Shown: positions 8,002 to 19,015, numbered from the stretch's first letter. The stretch is DNA of 64,000 nucleotides from Candidatus Saccharimonadia bacterium (GCA_041906885.1 JAYRII010000001.1:773-64772), one strand, 5' to 3'. Numbers and translations are program-made. The notes: generated by a model not told the origin, from the sequence alone.

Positions 8002-9522
8002 TTACTGAACTTCGTAGAGTCGCACCTCACTACCTCCCGCCTCATCCTCGCGCAGCATGCGCCAGCCAGCTGGAATTTGGCTGTAATACGCCTTATCGCC
8101 CGTTTTGCCCACCAGCCAAACTCGCCGGCCAGCTGGAATAGAACTTAGATCATCTGTATAAATCTGGTCAGCCCTGTCATAGAGTAAGCCCGACTCACCG
8201 TAGCCATTTGGATGGTTGATAGTGCCATCGGCGTTGCGCGGAGTAAACAATCGGGGTAAGACACCGGTCTGGTTATAATAGCTAAAATCAAAATAGACGT
8301 ACAGCTCACCAGCCAGAATAACATCACCGGCCTGATAATTGTCATTGACCGTAGTCGCCACCACCGCCATCTGGTGAGTAGCCTGACGATAAACATTACT
8401 AATACCAATTAGTTCGATAGCTATCACCGCAGACGCCAAGCCATAAAACAAGGCTTTGCGTTTATGGGCTATTTTATCGATCGCCATTGCCATAATCATA
8501 TAAATCCCGACGGCCGCAAAAGCTAGGTAACGATCTTGGTAAATTGGCTTTTTGATCGATACTGCAATGGTTAGAATGATCGGCAGCAAAGCATAAAACA
8601 CAACCAGTCTTTTGTCACGGCTGCTCTTTTCTTCATCTCCGAATAAGATATAAGCGCTAGACGCCAGCACGACTAGCGGCAAAGCAAAATAGACCACGCC
8701 TGGCAAAGCCCGGGCGTCAGTATAGGTAAAAAACTGCCAAATTCCCGATGGTAAGGTATAGATGGTTGTCTTCGGAATCCAACCAATCCCCTGACCACGC
8801 GTAAATTGCGCGATAAAATTTGGTATCCAAGGAACATATAGTAAAACTATGGCGATATTAGCTCCCCACCAAGCCGGTGATAACCAAAGTGTCTTACCGA
8901 TTTTCCAGCTCTTGACGGGCTCGAGCGTCAACAAATAGAGCCACTGCGCGAATAGCGCAAACAAGGCGAAATAATGGGTGTAGAATCCGGCCGTCATGGC
9001 CAGAATATAACCTATCCAGAGCCAAATATTTTTAGGTTGGTCAACGATTTTAAGCAGCAGCCAGATACCGATAATAAGAAAGACTCCCAAGACGCCATAC
9101 ATGCGAGCTTCTTGGCTGTAGCGAACCAAAAAAGGTGCTAAAGCTAAGAAAACACCGGCCAGTCGAGCAGCTCGCTTGGTCGATACTTTTTGTACTATCT
9201 TGTAGCCGACGACGACCGTGATGATGCTTATGGCCGCGCTCATACTGCGAGCCGCCAGAGCCGAGGAGCCAAAAAGCTGCATCCAATAATGAAGTAGCAA
9301 ATAATAAAGCGGTGGATGAACATCACGGGCACTACCGAGCCAAATATCAGCCGGCATCCGAGACGACAACATCATCGTGAATCCTTCATCGTGCCAGATA
9401 CTTGATTTGGTAATATTGACTAGCCTGGGCAAGGCTGCTAATATTACCAGAAGTAGCAGATAGTATCGATCAAAAAAGTTAGAATTTAGGCTAATTTTTT
9501 GTTTCTTTGGCATGATAGGCAT
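8002..9522 (-). CDS. GT-C family 39 glycosyltransferase (ArnT/PMT-like) membrane protein
   Basis: Multi-TM N-terminus with an early DE motif (WHDEG) and a C-terminal extracytoplasmic domain. Confidence 0.8.
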   Translation of the reverse strand: MPIMPKKQKISLNSNFFDRYYLLLLVILAALPRLVNITKSSIWHDEGFTMMLSSRMPADIWLGSARDVHPPLYYLLLHYWMQLFGSSALAARSMSAAISIITVVVGYKIVQKVSTKRAARLAGVFLALAPFLVRYSQEARMYGVLGVFLIIGIWLLLKIVDQPKNIWLWIGYILAMTAGFYTHYFALFALFAQWLYLLTLEPVKSWKIGKTLWLSPAWWGANIAIVLLYVPWIPNFIAQFTRGQGIGWIPKTTIYTLPSGIWQFFTYTDARALPGVVYFALPLVVLASSAYILFGDEEKSSRDKRLVVFYALLPIILTIAVSIKKPIYQDRYLAFAAVGIYMIMAMAIDKIAHKRKALFYGLASAVIAIELIGISNVYRQATHQMAVVATTVNDNYQAGDVILAGELYVYFDFSYYNQTGVLPRLFTPRNADGTINHPNGYGESGLLYDRADQIYTDDLSSIPAGRRVWLVGKTGDKAYYSQIPAGWRMLREDEAGGSEVRLYEVQ

Positions 9523-10282
9523 AGCTTGGTTTGCGATAGCGTCCGGTCATCATTCCCCATTTGATGTTGAGTAGGTCACCAAAAGTCTGCAAGGCCGCCT
9601 GAATGGCTGGACTACCCGAAATTTTACTTCCCTTAGTCACATCCTTCCAATCTGGCACATCAATTAGCTCAATATCATAGCCAAGCTTGCGTGCCACAGC
9701 CAAAACCTCCATGTCAAAACCCCAGCCCAGAATAGTTTGACGGCCAAATATCTCGTGCGCGGCATCAGATTTAAAAGCTTTAAAACCGCACTGGGTATCT
9801 TTTATTCCTGGCAAAAGGAGTACTTGCACTAGAAAATTACCAGTGCCAGAAATAAGTTTACGCAAACCTTTATGGCTCTCTTGCAAGTTACGGACACAGA
9901 TCGCCACTGGCTGATCGGCCTCCATTGTCGCAAAAACTTGATGTAAATACTTAAGCGGCGTAGCCAAATCAGCGTCCATAAACATAATATACTTACCTTT
10001 AGCTTCAAAGACACCGGTCCGCACCTGCTTGCCTTTAATGGCCTGCCGCGGTGGCTTTGGTCCAGCATTAACAAATCGAAAATTGCTAAAAAGCTTGGCC
10101 TGAGCACGAGCAACCTGCTCTGTTTTATCAGGACTACCAGCATCGACTACGAGCACTTCAATCTGATACTTACTCCCCTTGATGAACTTAGCCAAGTCTT
10201 CGAGAGTCTTGCCGATCCGACCTTCTTCTTTATAAGTTGGAATTATAATGCTTAAATCTGGTTGTTGTTCTCGCGCCATCAT
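9491..10282 (-). CDS. GT2 polyprenyl-phosphate sugar synthase (DPM/GtrB-like)
   Basis: IIIPTYKEE...LVVDAGSPD...FMDADL motifs of GT2 (DXD). Confidence 0.85.
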   Translation of the reverse strand: MMAREQQPDLSIIIPTYKEEGRIGKTLEDLAKFIKGSKYQIEVLVVDAGSPDKTEQVARAQAKLFSNFRFVNAGPKPPRQAIKGKQVRTGVFEAKGKYIMFMDADLATPLKYLHQVFATMEADQPVAICVRNLQESHKGLRKLISGTGNFLVQVLLLPGIKDTQCGFKAFKSDAAHEIFGRQTILGWGFDMEVLAVARKLGYDIELIDVPDWKDVTKGSKISGSPAIQAALQTFGDLLNIKWGMMTGRYRKPSYAYHAKETKN

Positions 10283-11859
10283 TGCACCTCATAGCTGTAA
10301 AATAATATTTTATCATTAAATGGCGAGTAATGTGGGCCAAGATGTCCACCGGGATACTTACTTCGCAAAGTTTCTAGTGCCGCGTCGGTGTCGCCATTGA
10401 CTGCCACTATAAAGAGTTTCTTACCGCTGCCCAACGGCAAATTACGTAAATCGCTTAAGTCTAGCCGCTTAAAGTCGGCTTTTTTGCGCGCTAGATACTC
10501 GATCGTTTTGACAGAATAGCCATCGACAACTAAGAAATTACTCGTTTGCTCAGCCGAATTACCTTTAATACCGTACTGATTGAGATAATAAGCCGCCTGA
10601 ACCATGTCTTCGGCGTAGGCCTCATAAGTTTTTGGATCCTGCGCCCAAGCAACGAAATACTGCTTGTAGCCCTGAAAAGCTGTTAGAACTAGCAGGAGTG
10701 CAATTAGACTGGCACCGAAGTTACGGGCTGGGCCATTAACCGGAAAAGTGGCATACCATCTCGACAGGAAATAATTAATACCAACAGCAGCAATTATAAA
10801 AACCGCTGGCATAGCGCCAACTGCCCTCAAGGCGTGCGGCAGACTCTCGGCTGTCAGTGCTGCTGGAAGCAACATGGTGGCAAAAATTGCCAGCACCATA
10901 AAATATTTCAGACGACCCAACCTAGCCAGACAAACAAAAATACCAAGAAGCATCATGACGCCGATAAAGACATTTAGCATCGGTAGTCCGCCCAAATTGT
11001 GACGATAATTTGTATCACCTTTGAAGTTAAACATTAGAAGAGTCTTAACTGAACTATCAACTAGTGTTTGAAGCGGCTTACCACCATTTAAGCTTTTATT
11101 CATAAAACTGGTACCGCCAGAACGAGCAAATGAATCAGCCGGATGCTTGATTGTAAAGATAATCATTGGCGATAGAACTACTAATAACGAAATCAAGCCG
11201 AGGCCAATTTTGCGCCAGGAAGATTTAAACCATTGACGGCGCAATATCAATAAATACCCCAGTGCCAATATGACAATACCAACGAATAGCTGAAAGGCGA
11301 CATAGGTATAGAGCCCCAACCCAGCCACAACACCAGCAGCGATGAAATAACCAATCTTTTGCGTTTTATAAGCCTTGCCGGCTAGATAGGCCACGCTGGC
11401 AATCATGAGTGGCACCATGCTAGCTCGAAAACCGTCCCGAGTAATCGTCACAGCCCAAGGGCTCACGGCAAAGATAAAAGCTGCCACCAGGCCGGTCCGT
11501 CGCCCAAACCAATCCGTCGCCCATAAATACGCCATTACAACCGCCAAAGTGCCGATAATAGCTGGAGCAATTCTGAGTGCTAAGATGACATTTCCAATAG
11601 TGACAACGAAAATTGCTTGCAAGTAAAAGAAGAGGGCTTCGCGCGGGCCATTGGTGTTATAAAGCACCCGAAAATCATGATGATCGATCATTCGAAAAAT
11701 GTCCAAACCATTAGCTGCTTCATCGGGATGTAAGCCAGGTGGAAGCGCATCGAGTTTATAAAATCTAAAAAAGATCGCCGTAATAATTATTAAAAATAAA
11801 ATTATGTGAGCTAAATGCCGATGAATAAAATTGGTTAATGAGGATTTATTCTGCTTCAT
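10279..11859 (-). CDS. GT-C family 39 glycosyltransferase (second ArnT/PMT-like paralog)
   Basis: LHPDEAANGLD motif followed by ~12 TM helices. Overlaps the GT2 gene by 4 nt. Confidence 0.8.
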   Translation of the reverse strand: MKQNKSSLTNFIHRHLAHIILFLIIITAIFFRFYKLDALPPGLHPDEAANGLDIFRMIDHHDFRVLYNTNGPREALFFYLQAIFVVTIGNVILALRIAPAIIGTLAVVMAYLWATDWFGRRTGLVAAFIFAVSPWAVTITRDGFRASMVPLMIASVAYLAGKAYKTQKIGYFIAAGVVAGLGLYTYVAFQLFVGIVILALGYLLILRRQWFKSSWRKIGLGLISLLVVLSPMIIFTIKHPADSFARSGGTSFMNKSLNGGKPLQTLVDSSVKTLLMFNFKGDTNYRHNLGGLPMLNVFIGVMMLLGIFVCLARLGRLKYFMVLAIFATMLLPAALTAESLPHALRAVGAMPAVFIIAAVGINYFLSRWYATFPVNGPARNFGASLIALLLVLTAFQGYKQYFVAWAQDPKTYEAYAEDMVQAAYYLNQYGIKGNSAEQTSNFLVVDGYSVKTIEYLARKKADFKRLDLSDLRNLPLGSGKKLFIVAVNGDTDAALETLRSKYPGGHLGPHYSPFNDKILFYSYEVQ

Positions 11860-12365
11860 TTCTTAAACACTAATTTCTTGTATAGAACATAATTGTACAC
11901 CAGAACTATGGCGATAGCTGCTGCTAGAGCGACATTATCGGTGTAAAATGCCTGATCCATCGGCAGATGCAGCACTTGACCGATTGTGTAGGCCAAATTA
12001 GCTGGCCAGAGCCAGACTGCAGAAAAAAAGTTCAGGATGATTGGTCTAATCGCATAGATACCAAACATGGTAATAGCAAAAAACAAGATAATTTCCCTAT
12101 TGCCAACCTTTTTGGCTCTGAATGTAAAACGTTGATTGAAGACAAAGCTATTGATCATCGCAATCGTACCAGATATCACTCCGGCAATCATAATACCACT
12201 GATCGGTTTGCCTAGAATAGTAAAAAAAACCTCATTGCGAGGTAAAATCGTGCGAACAAGCAAGTTGAGAATAATAAAGTCAACTGCAGTATTTAAAATT
12301 CCAACCAAACCAAATCGCCCGACTTGGGCGACTTCATTATTTTTTTTAGTTTTGGCTGGTGACAT
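11856..12365 (-). CDS. GtrA-family small membrane protein (polyprenol-sugar flippase-like)
   Basis: 169 aa with 4 TM helices and a GtrA-like N-terminus (GLVGILNTAVDF). Overlaps the GT39 gene by 4 nt. Confidence 0.8.
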   Translation of the reverse strand: MSPAKTKKNNEVAQVGRFGLVGILNTAVDFIILNLLVRTILPRNEVFFTILGKPISGIMIAGVISGTIAMINSFVFNQRFTFRAKKVGNREIILFFAITMFGIYAIRPIILNFFSAVWLWPANLAYTIGQVLHLPMDQAFYTDNVALAAAIAIVLVYNYVLYKKLVFKK

Positions 12366-12454
12366 TTATAAATAAGTGCTTATGCTTGTTTAAGCCAATT
12401 ATAGCCTATTTGGATTATTATGGCAAAGCTCGGGTCTTAACGTACATCAAATTA

Positions 12455-13843
12455 CTATAAGGTTCGGCTCCTCTCGATATTCTTAAATAGCATTTTATCA
12501 GCCTCGAAATATAGTTCGACATCACCAGTCGGACCATTGCGGTGTTTTTTAATCAGAATATCAGCAATATTTTGCCGTTCGCTCTCTTTATTATAATAAT
12601 CTTCACGATAAATAAACATCACCACATCGGCGTCTTGCTCGATTGAGCCTGATTCGCGCAAATCAGATAGCTGCGGGATCTGCGGGTGCCTAGACTCGAC
12701 CGATCGCGACAACTGCGATAATGCCAGCACTGGCACATTGAGCTCACGAGCCAAACCCTTCAAGCCACGTGATATTTCGGAAATTTCCTGAACACGATTA
12801 TCACTCGAGTTATTACGACCACTCATCAGCTGCAGGTAGTCAATTACGATCAAGCCCAGGTCATGCTCACTTTGCAAGCGCCGCGCCTTAGTGCGCATTT
12901 CCATGACGTTGGCCATAGCTGAGTCGTCAATAAAGATCGGTGCTTCGGCCAAGACCCCCATAGCTTTATTTAACTTCTCAAAATCACGATCCTCCAGATT
13001 ACCGGTTCTTAGCTTCCAGGAATCAATCTTAGCTTCGCCGGCCAGCAAACGATCAATCAGCTGCTCCTTGCTCATCTCTAGACTAAAAATACCTACCGGT
13101 ACACCTGATTTAATAGCAACATTTTGGGCAATATTCATGGCTAGAGAAGTTTTACCAATACTGGGACGAGCAGCCAGGATGATTAAGTCTGCCTTTTGCA
13201 AACCAGCCAAGAGGTTGTCCAATGCCCGATAACCAGTCGGCAAACCACGTAATTGTTTTTTATCTTTATGCAAAGCGTCCAAACGATCGAAGCTCTCGGC
13301 CAATACCTCACGAATCGGACTAAAGTTTTGCTTCAAATGCTTTTGACTAACCTCAAATAATGTCTGCTCAGCGCTGTCGAGCAAGCCATCGAGCGGAGCG
13401 GTCTCATCAAAAGCTAAGGCATTGATCTTGCCCGAAGCTTCGATCAGACGCCTGAGAGTAGCTTTTTGAGCCACAATCTGAGCGTAATGTGCCACATGAG
13501 CCGCTGACGGTACACTATTAACAAGTTCAGTCAGATAGGTCGCGCCACCAATTGATTCTAGCTCGCCCATGCTTTCGAGTTTATTTGACAAGGTCACAAC
13601 ATCAATTGGCTCGCGTTTTTCATAGAGAGCTAAAATCGCCTCGAATATCAATCTGTTTTTTGCAACATAGAAGTCATCTCCTGCGACTATATCAGCTACT
13701 TTAATGATTGCATCCCGATCTAAGAGCAATGAGCCGATCAAGCTGGCTTCAGCTGCTGTGTTTTGAGGTGGTACTTTTTGAGCCGATTTAGATAGAGCTA
13801 AATCCACATCTGATGATTGATCGATCTTTTTAGCCATTGACAA
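12455..13843 (-). CDS. dnaB: replicative DNA helicase DnaB
   Basis: N-terminal DnaB domain plus a RecA-like Walker A (ARPSIGKTS) C-terminal domain. Confidence 0.95.
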   Translation of the reverse strand: MSMAKKIDQSSDVDLALSKSAQKVPPQNTAAEASLIGSLLLDRDAIIKVADIVAGDDFYVAKNRLIFEAILALYEKREPIDVVTLSNKLESMGELESIGGATYLTELVNSVPSAAHVAHYAQIVAQKATLRRLIEASGKINALAFDETAPLDGLLDSAEQTLFEVSQKHLKQNFSPIREVLAESFDRLDALHKDKKQLRGLPTGYRALDNLLAGLQKADLIILAARPSIGKTSLAMNIAQNVAIKSGVPVGIFSLEMSKEQLIDRLLAGEAKIDSWKLRTGNLEDRDFEKLNKAMGVLAEAPIFIDDSAMANVMEMRTKARRLQSEHDLGLIVIDYLQLMSGRNNSSDNRVQEISEISRGLKGLARELNVPVLALSQLSRSVESRHPQIPQLSDLRESGSIEQDADVVMFIYREDYYNKESERQNIADILIKKHRNGPTGDVELYFEADKMLFKNIERSRTL

Positions 13844-15284
13844 TCTCCCCGCCCAAAATTTCCAAAGCCGACGAAATCAACTCCGAATCCTTATCGCTTG
13901 GAGTAGAACTTTTGGACTCGCTGACAATATCGCAACGTAGCGTAATGACACGACCAAAAGTTTTCTTCATAGCTGCTTCAATCAAAGTACGATTCTTGGC
14001 CTCCTCGATTCTTTCTTTGTGAAACTTGAAACGACAATCCAGTACCAGGTTATCACCTTCGATACGAGGGTTAGCCGAGCGCATCACAGCATAGAGTGAA
14101 TTATTGCGCTCCTTGATCAGGCTTAAGCCTTTTAGACATAAGCTAGTTTCGTCGACATTGACATGGGTACTTTTAGCCGTCAGCTTACCAGGCTTTTTTG
14201 CTGGTTGCTTGACCGTCTGAGCAGTATCTTTTGGCTTGGCCTCCATAGTAGCGGTGGTCGCAGCATTACTATTCATCGCAATTGTCGACTTGTAGACCGC
14301 CAGCTCCAGTGGCAAGCTGTAATGACTAGAAACCTTGAAGTCTATTAAAGCCTTGGTTAAATTCTCAATCATGTAGATAATCATTTCAGCCGAAATATCA
14401 TTAAAATATTCCAGGCCAGGCTTAGTTTCTAATCCAGAGCGAGCAAATAGCCCGGCTCGTAAATAGTCCAACAATTGATAAGTTAATTGCTGCGGATCGT
14501 TTCCCTGCTTAATTATCTTGCTCGTCAGGCTCATTGAGCTGATCGTCTCACCAGTCGACATCGCCTTGACAAGCCCCTCGACAACCTCCTGACTACTCAG
14601 CCCCAGAATACTATAAACAGTCGTTCGACTGATGGGCTGGCCAATGACCGATAATTGATCAAGTATACTAATACCATCACGAAAACCACCCTGCGAGGCA
14701 ACTGCGATAATCTTCAATGCATCAAGATCAATGTCAATCTTCTCAGCGGCAGCAATCTTGGCTAAATGCGCCACCATGTCATCAGCACCGATCGGGCGAA
14801 AATCATAACGTTGAGTCCGAGAAATGATTGTGTCGGGAAGCTTGTGTACATCGGTCGTAGCTAATATGAAAATAACATGTGAAGGAGGCTCCTCGAGAGT
14901 TTTTAAAAGCGCATTAAATGCCTCGCGCGTTAACATATGAACTTCGTCGATAATATAAACTTTATACTCCAGAATTGTAGGCGCAACTGCTACTTTCTCT
15001 CGTAACTGCCTAATTTCGTCAATACCACGATTACTAGCCGCATCAATCTCGACAATATCCAAGTATTTTGCAATATCCTCAGACGCCATAAGACGATTGA
15101 CAATGCGCGCCATTATCCGCGCCACACTGGTCTTGCCAACACCACGCGGACCAGTGAAAAGATAGGCATGGCTAACCAAGCCGCTTTTGACTGCAGCAGA
15201 CAAAGTACTTGTGATATGATCTTGACCAATCACATCCTTCAGCTCAGCTGAACGATACTTTCGATACAATGCCAAACGAGACAT
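13830..15284 (-). CDS. dnaX: DNA polymerase III subunit gamma/tau
   Basis: AAA+ Walker A GPRGVGKTS and the SRC/sensor motifs. Confidence 0.95.
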   Translation of the reverse strand: MSRLALYRKYRSAELKDVIGQDHITSTLSAAVKSGLVSHAYLFTGPRGVGKTSVARIMARIVNRLMASEDIAKYLDIVEIDAASNRGIDEIRQLREKVAVAPTILEYKVYIIDEVHMLTREAFNALLKTLEEPPSHVIFILATTDVHKLPDTIISRTQRYDFRPIGADDMVAHLAKIAAAEKIDIDLDALKIIAVASQGGFRDGISILDQLSVIGQPISRTTVYSILGLSSQEVVEGLVKAMSTGETISSMSLTSKIIKQGNDPQQLTYQLLDYLRAGLFARSGLETKPGLEYFNDISAEMIIYMIENLTKALIDFKVSSHYSLPLELAVYKSTIAMNSNAATTATMEAKPKDTAQTVKQPAKKPGKLTAKSTHVNVDETSLCLKGLSLIKERNNSLYAVMRSANPRIEGDNLVLDCRFKFHKERIEEAKNRTLIEAAMKKTFGRVITLRCDIVSESKSSTPSDKDSELISSALEILGGEIVNG

Positions 15285-15425
15285 AGTCTTGAGCTATCCT
15301 CCCTCGCCCCACTTTTAATTTACGATTCGTAATGTATAGAGGCTTAAACTGTCATCTTATTATAGTAGCTTTAGAAATAGTTTTAAATGCTGACAAGCCA
15401 GATTGTGATAAAAAATACACCCTGA

Positions 15426-16619
15426 TTAGTTCGCAGATTTGGCTTCTTCAAGCTTGGCGCTAACGGTCTGCTGATGGCCATCTCGCACAATCGTAATTTT
15501 AACGGTTTCGCCAACCTTGGATTGGCCAATGACTTGAGTTAGGCTGTGATTTTTATCGATTGGAGTATCACCTATTTTAATAATTATATCACCGCTCTTT
15601 AAACCAGCTTTAGCTCCCGGACTTCCCGGTAGAACCGCTGGGCTAGTAGTTTCTGAGCCTCGTAAGTATGCCCCTTCAGCAACCGTTAGATTATTTGCGC
15701 TTGCGATTTCTGGAGTCAGCATGATGTACTGTACGCCTAAATACGGCCGGCTAATCTTGCCGCTGGCAGCTACTGATTCGACATCATTCTTAGCGTCATT
15801 AATAGGGATAGCAAAGCCAATGTTTTGAGCCTGGCCGGCAATGGCGGTATTGATGCCAATAACCTGACCATCAATATTGACAAGCGGGCCACCTGAATTA
15901 CCGGGATTAATAGCAGCATCGGTTTGGAATAAACCTTGCAATGTTTCATTACCGCTACCGCCACTAGCTGTAATACTGACTCCCTTGCCGGAAATCACAC
16001 CAGTCGTGACGGTGTTCTGGAATTTACCAAGCGCATTGCCGATTGCGATGACACGCTGCCCGACTTCAACCCGACTCGAATCACCCAACGTAGCCGCTTT
16101 TAAGCCGCTGGCCTTAACCTTGAGAAAAGCGATATCGTTAGATGGATCTTTGGCAACTACAACCGCGTCCTTATATTCTTTGCCTTCGCTCGTAATCACG
16201 CTAAAGCTGCTACCATCCTCGACCACATGCTTATTGGTCAAAATGAGCCCATCAGGCGACACGATCACGCCAGTGCCAGCCGCGGTTTGAGTTTCTTGCC
16301 GTCCAAAAAAATCCATTTGATTTGAACTAGTAGTGATACTGACAACCGATGGGGAAACATTTTTAGCAACGTTAATAACAGCCGTATCTTCATTGACGAC
16401 ATAATTTTTACTTTGTGAGATCGCAGTGTTCTTACTGCCCGCGAAAAATCTTCCATAGACATATGCCCCACCCAAACCAGCTAAAAATGCAATTAGCACG
16501 AGTACGACTAAGCCTGGAATTATAGACCTAAGGCTAGATGACTTTTTAGCTGGCTGACCACTGTGAGACTTGGGCAAATCAACTGGACTTTTTTCTTTTT
16601 CTACACTCATTTGTTCCAT
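15426..16619 (-). CDS. HtrA/DegP-family serine protease with PDZ domain
   Basis: N-terminal TM helix, the trypsin-like catalytic triad (TNKHVV / D / GNSGGPL) and a C-terminal PDZ domain. Confidence 0.9.
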   Translation of the reverse strand: MEQMSVEKEKSPVDLPKSHSGQPAKKSSSLRSIIPGLVVLVLIAFLAGLGGAYVYGRFFAGSKNTAISQSKNYVVNEDTAVINVAKNVSPSVVSITTSSNQMDFFGRQETQTAAGTGVIVSPDGLILTNKHVVEDGSSFSVITSEGKEYKDAVVVAKDPSNDIAFLKVKASGLKAATLGDSSRVEVGQRVIAIGNALGKFQNTVTTGVISGKGVSITASGGSGNETLQGLFQTDAAINPGNSGGPLVNIDGQVIGINTAIAGQAQNIGFAIPINDAKNDVESVAASGKISRPYLGVQYIMLTPEIASANNLTVAEGAYLRGSETTSPAVLPGSPGAKAGLKSGDIIIKIGDTPIDKNHSLTQVIGQSKVGETVKITIVRDGHQQTVSAKLEEAKSAN

Positions 16620-16668
16620 ATAATAGTGTTACTTTCTGAGATTTTACTTAAATTTTGATTTATCTTGG

Positions 16669-17475
16669 CTAAAAGCCGGGGGTCCACTTTGTAAACGCAA
16701 CCACTAATACAAAAACTATAACGGAAACGGCTAAATATTCAAATAGAAGCGGTCGCGTGAGGGTACCTTTTTTGTGATGATAATACATGCCGCCCCAAGA
16801 ATAGGCCAAGCTGCCAACGATTAAAGCTGGCTGGCTAATAATAAATTTTAAGCGTGGTAATTGATATAATACTATCCAGCGCGACGTAATCCATACTAGC
16901 TCGACGCAAACTAATGCCCAAATTGCCGCCAGACCTTCCATTCGTCCCATAAACGGCAGTAGCCACCACATAGCAATTATAAAACTGACCAACCAGACAA
17001 AGACCATAATAAAAACAATTGGAATATGCCACAAGACTAGCATCAAACTCGAAGACGTAATCAATAATACAATCAAAACCAGACTCAAGATGCTGCTAAG
17101 CCGGGGTCGATGATCAACTTTTAGCTCCCCGATCACGAGAAAGCTGTACCCGACAATTGCAATAACCAGTACTGGCACAAAAAATAGCAACGTGTAGTTA
17201 TTGATATTTTTTATTAGATTTAAATAATAAAGCGACAAAAAAAGCCAAAGACTAGGTTTGACTGCCTTGGGCCAGAGGCGAGATAGGCTTTTATTGAGTA
17301 TCAGAGTTTTGATCGCAAATAAACAGGTAGCGAATATAGCAATCAAACCCAGATACCAAAAATCACTGTAGTAAAAGAATACTAAACCAATGATAAACTG
17401 AACCAGGCTGGAAACTAATATATTGCGCTGAGTCTTACTAATCATAATGATTTCACCAACTTTAACTTTTGACAT
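16669..17475 (-). CDS. hypothetical polytopic membrane protein
   Basis: 268 aa with ~8 hydrophobic helices. No recognisable family. Confidence 0.55.
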   Translation of the reverse strand: MSKVKVGEIIMISKTQRNILVSSLVQFIIGLVFFYYSDFWYLGLIAIFATCLFAIKTLILNKSLSRLWPKAVKPSLWLFLSLYYLNLIKNINNYTLLFFVPVLVIAIVGYSFLVIGELKVDHRPRLSSILSLVLIVLLITSSSLMLVLWHIPIVFIMVFVWLVSFIIAMWWLLPFMGRMEGLAAIWALVCVELVWITSRWIVLYQLPRLKFIISQPALIVGSLAYSWGGMYYHHKKGTLTRPLLFEYLAVSVIVFVLVVAFTKWTPGF

Positions 17476-17488
17476 TTAACTCTAAAAG

Positions 17489-19015
17489 CTATCTAACCGG
17501 TGTCGGGGTGGGCGTTGGCTTATAATCTGCACCGATGATTATTTTAATATCGATAGATTGCGATGTAGTTTTAGTATTTGCACCTGACGGAGTTGGGCTA
17601 GTAGTCGCCTCTGCTGTCTTCGCCTTGACGCCAAAACGATTCTCAAGATACTTCAAGGTGTATGGCTTCTTACCGCCCGTATAATCATAGATCATCGTTT
17701 GCTGATAATTAGTGCTATCAGCCACGCTTGTCTTTATAACATTATATTTGTAACTTTTCAACAAAGCTGACACCTGAGTGGCGACCGCGTACTTGGTAGT
17801 GCCATTGTCAACTTCGATAGCAGCGGCTTCCTGCTTGATATAACCATCAACAAATATCGAGCGAACAAACTCTTGGATGGCTGTAAAATTACCATTGCCA
17901 GCCACCGGAATAACCACGCTAGCCCCGCCGAAGTTAGCATTAGTCACCAACCCGCCCGGCTTGTTATCAAGCACATTATTGATGATCTTGGCCGGATCAA
18001 TCTTTTGGCCAATCTCTACTAATTTATTTATCTCCCAAGCCTGTAAATCTGTACTGAGATGACCACCAACAATATCGATTAGCTCTGAAATTTTGGCCGG
18101 ATTTGTTATGGTGGATATCTTAAGAGCTTTTTCACGCATCTCAACTAAAACTTGCTGCTGACGTTTGGCTCGGCCAAAGTCATCACCGCAGTTACCCTTA
18201 CGACAGCGTACGAATTTTAAAGCAGTCGCCCCATCCATATGCTGAGTGCCGGTAGCAATATGCATACCGCATGCTCTGCCCTCATTCTTATCGCAGGGAT
18301 ATTCGGGATCATTTAAGGCTTGTTCAACATTGATATCAATCCCACCAAGGGCATCAACGGCCTTCTTCAAGCCGGTAAAATCAGCTCTGACATAGTAGTG
18401 AATTGGTATTCCTAGCGTCTGGCTGACGACCTGTTTGGCCAGTTCCGGCCCACCACCCTTTTTAGCTTGTTCACCAAAAGCATGAGCAGCATTGATCTTG
18501 TCGTAGCTATGACCGGGAATTTTAACATAAAGATCGCGCGGTATTCCAAGCATGGAGACGTCATTGGTACGTGGATCGATGCTAGCCACCATGATCGTAT
18601 CTGACAAATCAGCTCCAGCATGCCCGCTATCACCAATTCCTAAGAACAAGATGTTGACTCTGCCATCACCCTCACCCCTCAAATCTCCCAACTTGACTTC
18701 ATCTTTCAAGCCAGCTGCCGCCACGCCAGTGTTGCGCTGAATTACTTTATTGAGCGCAAAGTAAGTCTTGGCTCCAAAAGCTGCACCAGTTAGAAATAAT
18801 AAAACAACAAATACTAGTAAGATCTTTTTAGGCCACGATAATCGTTTAGAATTCTTCAGCTTTGTCTTGCGACTTTTGCGATCATAGACAAAATCGGGCT
18901 CGCTCGAAACCCTCTCTTCACTAGACACTTGACGAACACTAATATCCATCAAGCGACCCCGCGACAATCGATCGGCAGGCTGGTTGCGCTGGCTTTTTTC
19001 TCGCGGCTTATCCAT
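17489..19015 (-). CDS. LytR-CpsA-Psr (LCP) family cell-envelope phosphotransferase
   Basis: LCP core motifs (DTIMVASIDP...LGIPRDLYV) preceded by a basic cytoplasmic tail and a TM anchor. The start was placed at the internal ATG at 19015 to leave room for the divergent lepB promoter; the track ORF extends to 19081. Confidence 0.8.
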   Translation of the reverse strand: MDKPREKSQRNQPADRLSRGRLMDISVRQVSSEERVSSEPDFVYDRKSRKTKLKNSKRLSWPKKILLVFVVLLFLTGAAFGAKTYFALNKVIQRNTGVAAAGLKDEVKLGDLRGEGDGRVNILFLGIGDSGHAGADLSDTIMVASIDPRTNDVSMLGIPRDLYVKIPGHSYDKINAAHAFGEQAKKGGGPELAKQVVSQTLGIPIHYYVRADFTGLKKAVDALGGIDINVEQALNDPEYPCDKNEGRACGMHIATGTQHMDGATALKFVRCRKGNCGDDFGRAKRQQQVLVEMREKALKISTITNPAKISELIDIVGGHLSTDLQAWEINKLVEIGQKIDPAKIINNVLDNKPGGLVTNANFGGASVVIPVAGNGNFTAIQEFVRSIFVDGYIKQEAAAIEVDNGTTKYAVATQVSALLKSYKYNVIKTSVADSTNYQQTMIYDYTGGKKPYTLKYLENRFGVKAKTAEATTSPTPSGANTKTTSQSIDIKIIIGADYKPTPTPTPVR

